This document shows positions 10,205 to 19,307 of a stretch of DNA of 64,000 nucleotides, in pieces. Source of the DNA: an uncultured bacterium (GTDB taxonomy: Bacteria; UBP6; UBA1177). The DNA lies in the NCBI GenBank assembly GCA_905235605.1, contig CAJOMF010000014.1, positions 4,662-68,661 of the forward strand, written 5' to 3'. The position numbers and the translations under genes are program-made. The stretch's first letter is position 1. Each line of letters opens with the position of its first letter. Under the pieces are notes generated by a model that had not been told where the DNA came from, did not search any database, and was given only the letters and a program-made list of their open reading frames with translations.

Positions 10205-12327
10205 TTTCTTCTTCGATTTTCATACTGCAGCTTTTGTTATCTTCTTTGGTTTTCGATTTTTCCGGAAGCGACATCGAGAAGCATGTTGAACAGAAGATCC
10301 AGTATTTTCAGCAGTTTACTCCGGAAGAAAAAGAAGATTTCTGCAAAAACGGAGACATTTTTTCGTGCCGGATCCTCTTTTTTGAGTCACTGAAATCTAA
10401 AGAAAACTCCAAAAATCCGGAAGATTACCTCTCTTTAATGAGCGACAGGGAAAAAAGTGCCGGGATATATCTTTACGCCACTGAAAGATGGGAAGATATT
10501 TCTTTGGAAAAACTAAAAAGTTACCTCGCGACTCTTCCTGAAAACTCAGCAAAAAGCCTTTATTCGGTCTATCTCAAAAAACTCTATCTTTCGGGCAGCG
10601 TGAAGCAGTTTATGGAAGATTACCGGCAGGAAAACAGCCCTGTTCTCACGCAGTTTTACGTCACCGAGCTTTTACGGCGCGATCCCGAAAGCGGTTTGTC
10701 TTACCTGCGGACCCTGAATATCTCTTTTCCCGAATCTTTTTACGACACTCTTTCAAAAATCGTTGAGCAGCATTCAAAGAAACTTGGGAACAAAGCCTAC
10801 AGTGAATTCAAAATCTGGAGCCTTGAATACAACTACCGCAAAGTGCGCTACAAACAGGTGATCCAGATGTCTACAGGCTGGTTCCCGAACAAAAATTACG
10901 CGAAACCTTACGACTGGAGAGCCCACCTGTACCGCGCAATGTCCTACACAAAAAGGCGCGAACATGCCCAGGCCGAGGCGATCTACGCGAAACTCGAACC
11001 ATACTGCTCAAACGAGGAGCTCACCGACAGCGATGTCTACAAATTTTACAGCGAATACGCCTACACAGAGGCGGCTTTGGGCAAAAATGAAAAGGCAATA
11101 GATCTCTATCTTGCGGCTTATGACCGCTTCAAATCAAAGGATGAAGATGCGGCCGGCGAATTTTTATATATGGCTGCAGATATGGCGAGACTTGCCGGAC
11201 TTTTGGAAGATGCTGAAAAATATTACAGAAATTTTATTGAATCTTATCCGCACTCGGGAAAAATCGAAATCGCGCGTTTTTTGAACTTCTGGATCGACTA
11301 CAAACGAGGAAAGTTCAAAGATGCACAGAAGATCCTTTCTTCAATAATTTCAGCCACCAATGAAATGAGTTACGACCACCAGCGGGCAACTTACTGGTTT
11401 GCAAGAGTTGCTGAAAAACTTGGTGAAAAAGAGGTCTCAAATGAAATTTACTGCGAACTTGCAGCAAAAATCCCGGCATCTTTCTACGGTTCTTTTGCAG
11501 CAGGCAGAGTCAAAACAGAAAATATAAAATGCGCCGAAAACAAAGTTCCGGCGAATGGCAAAACGAAATTTCACGATGACACGATGCTGCCCGAAACGGA
11601 ATGGATCATTGCGGCAATGGTGACAACCGACAAAAACATGACGGCGAAAGTGCTTAAAAACGCAGCGAAAACGATCGACAGCGAAGGAGATGAAATCGAC
11701 AGACTTGTCGCAAGCTATGCGGCAAAAACCGTGAACAACCACACACTTGCGGCAAATATTTTAAAGTCGATAAGCAACTTTTCCGCCCCTTCGAAAGAGT
11801 ATTTCAAACTGCGCTATACCGTCGCTTTTGAAGAAGAGATCCTCGCCCACTGCGACTTTTACGATGTCTCTCCGATTTTCGTTTTCTCGATAGCACGCCA
11901 GGAAAGCCTCTTTGACACATCGGCAATTTCCAGCAGTTACGCAATAGGACTTCTGCAGCTTCTTCCGGCCACAGCACAGACTCTGGCAACGAGAGAAGGC
12001 TACGGCAAAATCGAGACGAAAGATCTCCAGAAACCGCTCACAAATATCAGATTCGGAGTGAGATTTCTCGCCGATCTGGTAAAAAAATTCGACGGACAGA
12101 TCGCTCTGGCAGCAGCTTCATACAACGCAGGCCCCAACAGAATAAAAAAGTGGATCGAAAACGACCCCGGGCGCGAACTTGACGAATTTATTGAAGACAT
12201 TCCGATTTTCCAGACCAGGAACTACGTCAAGAAAGTTATGACGAACTACGCCGTTTATCACTACATTTTCTACGGAAAAGTCTACGACGGAATGAACTTC
12301 AAACTGCCGGTCAGTGCGGCAAACTGA
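10201..12327 (+). CDS. slt: Soluble lytic murein transglycosylase (Slt family) with N-terminal alpha-superhelical domain
   Basis: C-terminal SLT domain motifs ARQESLFD…AIGLLQLLPATA…AASYNAGPNRI. Long helical/TPR-like N-terminus. ATGA overlap with the upstream gene. Confidence 0.75.
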   Translation: MISSSIFILQLLLSSLVFDFSGSDIEKHVEQKIQYFQQFTPEEKEDFCKNGDIFSCRILFFESLKSKENSKNPEDYLSLMSDREKSAGIYLYATERWEDISLEKLKSYLATLPENSAKSLYSVYLKKLYLSGSVKQFMEDYRQENSPVLTQFYVTELLRRDPESGLSYLRTLNISFPESFYDTLSKIVEQHSKKLGNKAYSEFKIWSLEYNYRKVRYKQVIQMSTGWFPNKNYAKPYDWRAHLYRAMSYTKRREHAQAEAIYAKLEPYCSNEELTDSDVYKFYSEYAYTEAALGKNEKAIDLYLAAYDRFKSKDEDAAGEFLYMAADMARLAGLLEDAEKYYRNFIESYPHSGKIEIARFLNFWIDYKRGKFKDAQKILSSIISATNEMSYDHQRATYWFARVAEKLGEKEVSNEIYCELAAKIPASFYGSFAAGRVKTENIKCAENKVPANGKTKFHDDTMLPETEWIIAAMVTTDKNMTAKVLKNAAKTIDSEGDEIDRLVASYAAKTVNNHTLAANILKSISNFSAPSKEYFKLRYTVAFEEEILAHCDFYDVSPIFVFSIARQESLFDTSAISSSYAIGLLQLLPATAQTLATREGYGKIETKDLQKPLTNIRFGVRFLADLVKKFDGQIALAAASYNAGPNRIKKWIENDPGRELDEFIEDIPIFQTRNYVKKVMTNYAVYHYIFYGKVYDGMNFKLPVSAAN

Positions 12328-12353
12328 CCGGCCTTTCAGCAAAAATTTTCAGA

Positions 12354-12992
12354 CTAAAACCTATAAAAAGCGATGACCCTCTCCCCTTTTTCAAAGTCAT
12401 AGGTTTTTGTGTATTCAAGGTTCGAGTCCTGAAAAGGTTCCTGCTGGGAAGAATAGAAAACGACTAAACGTCCGCCCGGTTTGATGATCTTTCTGCAGTG
12501 CTCAAAAATTTCGTCATCGATTCTGACTGCTCTTGAAACGATGACGTCAAAATTTTCTTTAACATCGAAAAAGTTCCGGTTGATCCCTTCGGCGTTTGCT
12601 ATTCCGAGTTCCGCCGCCGTTAGGTTTATGAAGGAGATTTTCTTTCTGCTTTTATCCAGAAGCTTGAAGTCTGCATTCGGAAAGTAAAGTGCAAGCGGGA
12701 TTCCGGGAAATCCGCCGCCGGTTCCCAGATCGAGGATTTTCTCACCGTCAGAAAATATGTTTTTTTCACTTGCCGGAAACAAAGAGTCAACAAAATGCAG
12801 AAGCGCTGCTTCATGGAAATCAGTTACGGTCGTCAGGTTGTGGGTCTTGTTCCAGAAAACGAGTTTTTCCCAGAAAGAAAACATTTTTTCTGTGAGTTCT
12901 TCTGCGACACAAACACCGTATTTTTCAAGGTTTTTTGTCAGTATCTGCTGCAATGTTTCACGTGAAACATTTTCGGTTTTCTCTTTATTCAT
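12354..12992 (-). CDS. rsmG: 16S rRNA (guanine527-N7)-methyltransferase RsmG
   Basis: SAM-binding motif [17 protein letters not shown]. 212 aa. Sits downstream of mnmG as in the conserved mnmE-mnmG-rsmG cluster. Confidence 0.85.
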   Translation of the reverse strand: MNKEKTENVSRETLQQILTKNLEKYGVCVAEELTEKMFSFWEKLVFWNKTHNLTTVTDFHEAALLHFVDSLFPASEKNIFSDGEKILDLGTGGGFPGIPLALYFPNADFKLLDKSRKKISFINLTAAELGIANAEGINRNFFDVKENFDVIVSRAVRIDDEIFEHCRKIIKPGGRLVVFYSSQQEPFQDSNLEYTKTYDFEKGERVIAFYRF

Positions 12993-14850
12993 GGCTCTTT
13001 TTAAGGTGCATTATCAAAATTGAAATCGCCGCCGGAGTTATTCCCGGAATCGATGACGCTTCGGCTAAATTTGCCGGTCTCTGCTTTGTCAGTTTCTGCT
13101 TAACTTCGTTTGTAAGTCCGCTTAAGTTGCTGAAATCAAAATTTTCGGGGATCACAATCGTTGCCAGACTTTCAAATTTTTTGATTTCCTCTTTTTCTCT
13201 TTCGATGAATGAGGAATATTTTATTTCGACTTCAGCCCTGTCCCAGATCTCTGATGTTTCACGTGAAACAAAACCCGTTACAGCCTCTATCTGCGGGCGC
13301 GAGACGCAAGGCCTGCGAAGCAAAGTTGCAAGATTTCCCGCCTTCGAAAGCGGCGCCTCCCCCACTTCTTCAAGCCGCCTGTTTATTTCGGCTGTCGGAT
13401 AGATCGGGATCGAGTTTATCTCTTCGACCAGAGCCTGGACTCTTTCGCATTTTGCTTTTTCGATATCGTAGATTTTTTCGTCGATGAGTCCGGCAGCAAA
13501 CGATTTTTCGAGAAGTCTTTCTGCGGTGTTGTTGTCGCGGACTGAAAGTCTGAATTCGGCACGCGAAGTGAACATCCGGTAAGGCTCATCTACTCCTTTT
13601 GAAGTGATATCGCTGATCATGACTCCGGTGTAGGAATCGGAACGGTTGAGAATGAGTTCTTTTCCGCTTTCAGTTGCCGAAAATCCGGCATTTGCTCCGG
13701 CAACCAGACCCTGCGCTGCCGCCTCTTCGTAACCGCTCGTTCCGTTTACCTGACCTGCAAAGAAAAGTCCTTTCACAAATTTGCTTTCAAGCGTCATTGT
13801 CAGGTCTCTTGGATCGTAGGCATCGTATTCTATCGCATAAGCGGGGCGCGAGATTTCTGCATTTTCAAGCCCAGGGATCGATTCAAGCATCTCTTTCTGG
13901 ACGAAGACCGGAAGAGATGTCGAAATACCGTTCGGATAGTATTCGCGGCAGTCCCAGCCTTCGGGTTCGATGAAGATCTGGTGCGATTCCTTTTCGGGAA
14001 ATTTCATGAATTTGTCTTCGATCGAAGGGCAGTATCTCGGGCCGATTCCTTCGATTGATTTTGCGCTTCCGTACATCGGCGACAGGTCAAGATTGCTGAT
14101 CACGGCTTCTCTCGTTTTTTCGCTGGTGCGTGTCAAAAAGCACGGGATCTGTTTTGTCAGTATCCCTTCCGTTCTCACCGAAAACGGCGTGTAGTCGGTC
14201 TCGCCGGGTTGTATTTCCATCTTTGAAAAATCAATAGTTTTTCCGACGAGTCTCACAGGCGTTCCTGTTTTGAGGCGGAATTTTTTATGCCCTAAATCGA
14301 CTAGAAAATCGGATAATTTTTCAGAAGCCGGCTCCCCTAACCTGCCGCTTGAAAACATATCTCGGCCGATGTGGATTAAGCCGTTCAGGAATGTTCCGCT
14401 CGTGATCACGACTGACTTTGCCGAAAAAATAAATCCGTCCTTCGACTTAACTATAAAAGCGGAATCCTTATGCTCGAGCGAAACGACTTCGCCCTGAAAA
14501 ACGGTGAGATTTTCTACCTTGAAAACAAAAGCCTGCATGAAATTTTTATACAGATTTTTGTCGCACTGAGCGCGCAGAGCCTGAACAGCCGGTCCTTTTC
14601 TTCTGTTCAGAACTCGGTACTGGATCGCAGCAAAATCGGCCGCTCTTCCCATCGCACCGCCCAGCATATCGACTTCGCGCACGAGCTGGCCTTTCGCCTG
14701 ACCGCCGATCGACGGGTTGCACGACATCTCCCCTATTTTGTCGATCGAGATCGTGACGAGCAGAGTTTTCGCTTTCGTTCTCGCAGAAGCGTAAGCAGCT
14801 TCGATCCCGGCATGACCGCCGCCGATAACTATGACATCAAAATTTTTCAT
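12985..14850 (-). CDS. mnmG: tRNA uridine 5-carboxymethylaminomethyl modification enzyme MnmG (GidA)
   Basis: N-terminal FAD motif [15 protein letters not shown]. 621 aa. Matches MnmG along its length. Confidence 0.9.
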   Translation of the reverse strand: MKNFDVIVIGGGHAGIEAAYASARTKAKTLLVTISIDKIGEMSCNPSIGGQAKGQLVREVDMLGGAMGRAADFAAIQYRVLNRRKGPAVQALRAQCDKNLYKNFMQAFVFKVENLTVFQGEVVSLEHKDSAFIVKSKDGFIFSAKSVVITSGTFLNGLIHIGRDMFSSGRLGEPASEKLSDFLVDLGHKKFRLKTGTPVRLVGKTIDFSKMEIQPGETDYTPFSVRTEGILTKQIPCFLTRTSEKTREAVISNLDLSPMYGSAKSIEGIGPRYCPSIEDKFMKFPEKESHQIFIEPEGWDCREYYPNGISTSLPVFVQKEMLESIPGLENAEISRPAYAIEYDAYDPRDLTMTLESKFVKGLFFAGQVNGTSGYEEAAAQGLVAGANAGFSATESGKELILNRSDSYTGVMISDITSKGVDEPYRMFTSRAEFRLSVRDNNTAERLLEKSFAAGLIDEKIYDIEKAKCERVQALVEEINSIPIYPTAEINRRLEEVGEAPLSKAGNLATLLRRPCVSRPQIEAVTGFVSRETSEIWDRAEVEIKYSSFIEREKEEIKKFESLATIVIPENFDFSNLSGLTNEVKQKLTKQRPANLAEASSIPGITPAAISILIMHLKKSHE

Positions 14851-14991
14851 AAAGACCTCTGAAAAACGGCTTTCAAAATTGAGTTCTGACGCAAAAATCG
14901 GATCAAACCCGATTCGTTTGTCGCCCGGCAGAAAATCGTCGAATACGAGCCAAATGCGGCGTTATTTTGAAAATCAGACATTGTTCTCAAA

Positions 14992-16332
14992 TCATTTCCC
15001 CAGGCAGAAACCGCCGAAAATTTTGTCATACACATCATGGCTAGTCAGATCGCCGGCAAGATCACGGATTCCGTTGAAAATTTCCGAAACAAAGAAAAGT
15101 ATAATTTCTATTTGGTCTGAATCTAAATAAAGTTTGAGCTCTTCCAGTTTGTCCAGAATCTCTTCCGCTTTTTTTTTCTGCCAGTCGCTGAAAAAGATGG
15201 CTTCATTTTTATCAGGCATGCTTTTTTCGATATTTTCGCAGATCTTGTCAGTTAAAGTCCTGATTCCATTACCGTTTTTGCAACTTATCTCTATTGCGCC
15301 CATAAGTTCGGGATTTTCTGCCTGAGCAGAATCGCACTTGTTTTTGACGATAAGCCTAGATTTAATGCGGGTTTCACGCAATATTTCGCGGTCTTCTCCG
15401 TCAAGCGGTTTTGAGCCGTCAAAGACCAAAATGAGCAGATCCCCCTTCGCAAGCAGGTTCCGGCTCTTTTCGATCCCTTTTGCTTCGACTTCGGAATCGG
15501 CGATTCTTAAGCCTGCTGAATCAATCAAATTTGCCTGAAACCCCTTTGTGTAAAAGGTTTCAGAGATGTAGTCGCGTGTCGTGCCCGGAATGTCGGCAAC
15601 AATTGCTCTCTCCTGACCGACTAAGATATTGAAAAGAGAGGATTTTCCTACATTCGGCTTGCCCAAAATGATGATCTGATAGTCCAGAAACTTTTCTAAC
15701 GCCTTGGAATTTAAAAAAACCTTGTGAATATAGACCTTTGTGCGATTTATAAGATCGCTGAGTTTTTCAGAATCTATGTCTGTTGAGACCTGATCCGGGA
15801 AATCCACGACAGCAGTAGCCAAAGTGTGGAAATACTCCCACTCGGGAATAAGCTCTTTAAGCCTGTCGACGGTGTTTTTTTCGAACGCGGCCTTGCGTGA
15901 AAGCTCAGTAGCATAAGGGTTTTCCGAGGTTATGACCGTATTCAGCGCCAAGGCTTCGTCAACACTCATTTTTGAATTTATGACCGCTCTGAAAGAAAAC
16001 TCCCCTTTTAATGCGGGTATAGCGCCGTTTCTGACTATCAGAGCTAAAATCTGTTCGGCATTTTCAGCGGCGCCGTGGACGTGAAATTCGGTCACATCTT
16101 CACCTGTGAAGCTGAAAGGTGCATGAAAAGTAAGTATCAGGCACTTTTCAACGATTTTTTCGCCGTCAGAAATTTTAACGAAATCAGCTTTTCTGTGTTC
16201 GAATTTTGTTCTGCCGGTGAGTGTTGAGGCGATCTCAAACGCCTTTGTGCCGCTCACTCTGATTATGCCTATCGAGCTTCCTTTCGCAGTAGCGAGAGCG
16301 CATATTGTTGAATTTATCCTGTCGAAATACAT
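14992..16332 (-). CDS. mnmE: tRNA modification GTPase MnmE (TrmE)
   Basis: G1 motif GKPNVGKSSLFN. C-terminal C(L)GK motif. 446 aa. Confidence 0.9.
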   Translation of the reverse strand: MYFDRINSTICALATAKGSSIGIIRVSGTKAFEIASTLTGRTKFEHRKADFVKISDGEKIVEKCLILTFHAPFSFTGEDVTEFHVHGAAENAEQILALIVRNGAIPALKGEFSFRAVINSKMSVDEALALNTVITSENPYATELSRKAAFEKNTVDRLKELIPEWEYFHTLATAVVDFPDQVSTDIDSEKLSDLINRTKVYIHKVFLNSKALEKFLDYQIIILGKPNVGKSSLFNILVGQERAIVADIPGTTRDYISETFYTKGFQANLIDSAGLRIADSEVEAKGIEKSRNLLAKGDLLILVFDGSKPLDGEDREILRETRIKSRLIVKNKCDSAQAENPELMGAIEISCKNGNGIRTLTDKICENIEKSMPDKNEAIFFSDWQKKKAEEILDKLEELKLYLDSDQIEIILFFVSEIFNGIRDLAGDLTSHDVYDKIFGGFCLGK

Positions 16333-16341
16333 TTTTCGGAA

Positions 16342-17355
16342 CTATTTTGAGCAGAGCGGATATTTGAGGACTTCTTCGGGAACGGTCGTTTCTTCGTCGA
16401 GTCCCGGAACTTCGGTCGGATAGTAGAATTCTACATTGTTTGCAACGATTTCGACGCTTCCGCCTTCGTAAAGATCTGCGTTTTCAGGATAAACCGACGT
16501 AATGAAAACAGAGCCGGTGTATCCTATGCCCATGATGCATTCGCTGCCGTTCTGTCTGTCTACAAGTCTGTAACGGACAAGTTTCAGCATATTGTCAACC
16601 AAATCGAAAGTTTTGACTGCGTTTATTCTGTATTCCGCGCCGCTCTTTATAGAACCTGGTGAAAATTCGAGTTCGTGTCTCGGATAGCCGCCCGCCGGAT
16701 TCTGTTTGACGAAAAGCTGACGTCTGTTCGCACCCAAAGTGCCTGTGCAGTTGTCTGTAACCGCAAATGAAACAGAGCCGTCCCCGATTGTCGGGAAGTA
16801 TTGGGTCGTGTCACCGTAAAGCCCGTTGAATGCAGCGTAGGGAAGTGCACCCTGCGCGAAATAGTTTGAATCACCAGTTTTTGCATTGTCGAGAATATAT
16901 TTCGTCATGAAACGGACATTGAGAACACCCCACGCTTTTTTGTCGCATGTCGACATATCAAAAGCGGTGCAGTCGGGAAGGCATTTTGTCGCGCCGGTCA
17001 TAGCTGAATTAAGGTTCGAGCAGGTTATCGGGGCAGCAGAATCGCATCTTTCGCCGTATTCCACAGTCTCGTTGCCGCAGCCTTGGGGCAGGGTGTTTTC
17101 GTTGTCGGGAATTTCGTCCGAAATTCCGGGATCGGTCGGTTGAGGATCAGTGGCATCCTGACCGGGATCTGCCTGTTCTGTGTTGCTATTGTCGACCGGA
17201 GCTTCGGAATCATCTGCTTCGTCGTCACTTACGACATTGGAGTAATCCCAATCGGGAATATCCGAAAGTTCCTCCGAATCTTTTGCAGTCTCACTGCCGC
17301 AGGAAACAATGAAAAACAAGCTCAAAGAGAGCATGAAGACCAAAAACTCTTTCAT
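16342..17355 (-). CDS. Hypothetical secreted lipoprotein
   Basis: Start MKEFLVFML preceded by GGAGG. Lipobox IVSCGS. Acidic, Cys-containing, no recognisable catalytic motif. Confidence 0.5.
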   Translation of the reverse strand: MKEFLVFMLSLSLFFIVSCGSETAKDSEELSDIPDWDYSNVVSDDEADDSEAPVDNSNTEQADPGQDATDPQPTDPGISDEIPDNENTLPQGCGNETVEYGERCDSAAPITCSNLNSAMTGATKCLPDCTAFDMSTCDKKAWGVLNVRFMTKYILDNAKTGDSNYFAQGALPYAAFNGLYGDTTQYFPTIGDGSVSFAVTDNCTGTLGANRRQLFVKQNPAGGYPRHELEFSPGSIKSGAEYRINAVKTFDLVDNMLKLVRYRLVDRQNGSECIMGIGYTGSVFITSVYPENADLYEGGSVEIVANNVEFYYPTEVPGLDEETTVPEEVLKYPLCSK

Positions 17356-17511
17356 AAAGACCTCCATTTTTTGAGGAACACACGCCCCCGCCTTTCGGCA
17401 CCCCCTCTAACTTAGATGGGGAATAAAAACAGAGTATTATAGTAAAAACATTAAATTTTTCAATAATTTTTGATTTTTCTCTGTATAATTCAACAGTTTT
17501 TGAGTCAATGT

Positions 17512-18261
17512 TCAGTAAATGAACGGGAAAACTCTTTTTCTCGATTTGGGGTATTTATCTCCGAATTTTTCGATGTACCAGCGGCGGTTTGCATGCGCTC
17601 TCGGTACGAGGTTGGCCATTGAGAAGAAGACGAATGCTAGTCCCGGAACAGACCATGTGAGCACCGCCCAGCCTGCCCATTCGACGATCTCGCCGAAGTA
17701 GTTCGGACTTGCTACGAATCTGTGGAAACCTTTCATCGGGATGTGGTAGCCGGGGCCGTTTTCCTTACGCAGACTGCGGACGATGTGGTCGGATTGTATA
17801 TTGATGAACATTCCGCAGTAGAAGAGCAGGGTACCGATGATGAACTGCGGCGTTGCAAACCACGAAATTTCGTATTTCGAGAGGAAAAACAGCCAGTAGC
17901 CGTTGACAAAACCGTTCATGCAGTTGAAGAAAAGCGACATCGCGATGATCGAAAGAGGCATTTTGGCGCCGTTTTTGATGAGGAAAGGATAGATCAGATC
18001 GCGCTGGACGTAGTGCGAAAGCCAGATCCCGAGCATTACCGCTGTAACAGTTGTAACGTCACCAAGAAACGCGAAAACAATCGGAAGAACGACGACGGGA
18101 GACTCCATTATCAGCCAGCCGAGCTTCGGATTTACCGCGGGGCCCCATTTTTTACTGCCGTAGCGGCCGTAGCCCGCTGTCACGAAGTAGAGCGAGATCC
18201 ATGTGAAAACGCCGCTCACGAAGATGAAGACAAGTGTCCAGAAGTATAATTTTTCCATCAT
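17512..18261 (-). CDS. Steroid 5-alpha-reductase / DUF1295 family membrane oxidoreductase
   Basis: Polytopic membrane protein with the C-terminal NYFGEIVEWAGWA motif characteristic of 3-oxo-5-alpha-steroid 4-dehydrogenase-like enzymes. Confidence 0.65.
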   Translation of the reverse strand: MMEKLYFWTLVFIFVSGVFTWISLYFVTAGYGRYGSKKWGPAVNPKLGWLIMESPVVVLPIVFAFLGDVTTVTAVMLGIWLSHYVQRDLIYPFLIKNGAKMPLSIIAMSLFFNCMNGFVNGYWLFFLSKYEISWFATPQFIIGTLLFYCGMFINIQSDHIVRSLRKENGPGYHIPMKGFHRFVASPNYFGEIVEWAGWAVLTWSVPGLAFVFFSMANLVPRAHANRRWYIEKFGDKYPKSRKRVFPFIY

Positions 18262-19091
18262 TTTTTATCCTTTTTCGGCATAAGTTCGATCTCTTTGTTC
18301 TCAAAATGATAGATCATGATTCTTTTGTAACCCATAACACTGATCTCTACTTTGGTGTAGCCGCTCGTGAAGTGGAAAAACTGGCCGCCGTTGAAATCTT
18401 TCGCCTGATATTTGACGTAAAGATCCTTTTCGCCCATTCTTTTTTTGCCCGCTCTGCCTTCATTCTGCATGTATTCGAGGTTGTCGACCGAAATCCAGAC
18501 ATGTCCGACGAAGTGTTCGCCTTTCGGTTTTCTTGCAGTCATTTTGATCTTATAAGCCAATTTTCCGTTGAGTTTTTCGACTGCGACGAGCTCTCTGATG
18601 TACTCTTTCTCACCGTTTTTGTCGAAGTGGGGGATACCGGGCTTCGATTCGTGGGGATCGCATGCAATGACGCCCGGTCTTCTCGGTTTTCCGTCCGATT
18701 CGCAGGAATGGAGCTCGTATTTGAGGTCTTTATACCAGTAATCCCAGCGGGTGTAGACGTATTTTTCTGTCTCGAGCAGTTCATTAGTTTTGGGGTCGCG
18801 GTATTCGACAGTGACGTAGCGTTTGTTCTTCACGCCGGCGTAACTTTCATACATTTTCGAGTATTTCGCCGTGATCTTGTCGATTACTTCCTTCGAAAAT
18901 TCGGGGGTTATCGGCATTCCCGCGTAAACAGCCGGCTTTGCAGCAGCGGCTTTTTCAGCAGTCTGCACCGGAGCAGCCTCCTTTTTTCCGGTTGCCTGCG
19001 TTGCAGCATCGGTTTTCGGCTCAGTTTCTTCTGCTGACACACAGAAACTTAATAAAATCACAGAGATAAGTACTAAAAGATTCTTTTTCAT
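18258..19091 (-). CDS. Hypothetical secreted protein
   Basis: Cleavable signal peptide (MKKNLLVLISVILLSFCVSAEE). Ala/Pro-rich linker. ATGA overlap with the upstream gene. Confidence 0.5.
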   Translation of the reverse strand: MKKNLLVLISVILLSFCVSAEETEPKTDAATQATGKKEAAPVQTAEKAAAAKPAVYAGMPITPEFSKEVIDKITAKYSKMYESYAGVKNKRYVTVEYRDPKTNELLETEKYVYTRWDYWYKDLKYELHSCESDGKPRRPGVIACDPHESKPGIPHFDKNGEKEYIRELVAVEKLNGKLAYKIKMTARKPKGEHFVGHVWISVDNLEYMQNEGRAGKKRMGEKDLYVKYQAKDFNGGQFFHFTSGYTKVEISVMGYKRIMIYHFENKEIELMPKKDKK

Positions 19092-19307
19092 AGCTCCTCG
19101 ATCAATTCAACAATAAAACTTTCTTAAGACTGCTTTTTGTCATCCAGGTTTCACTCCATCTGAGTTTTCCCTTGAAAACCGGCAGATTATATTGAAGACG
19201 GATTTTTTATCAAACCGGCTCCCGGCTCAATATTTAATTGTGAAAAAATTATCAATGTTTATAATACCGCGTTACGTTTTCGGTTTATTGTTAATTTGGA
19301 GGTTTCA

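Noticed and set aside
14851-14991. Gap between mnmE and mnmG with AATCGG-N7-CCGATT hairpin
   Set aside because: The stem is short and not followed by a U-run. It is probably just an intergenic spacer within the operon.
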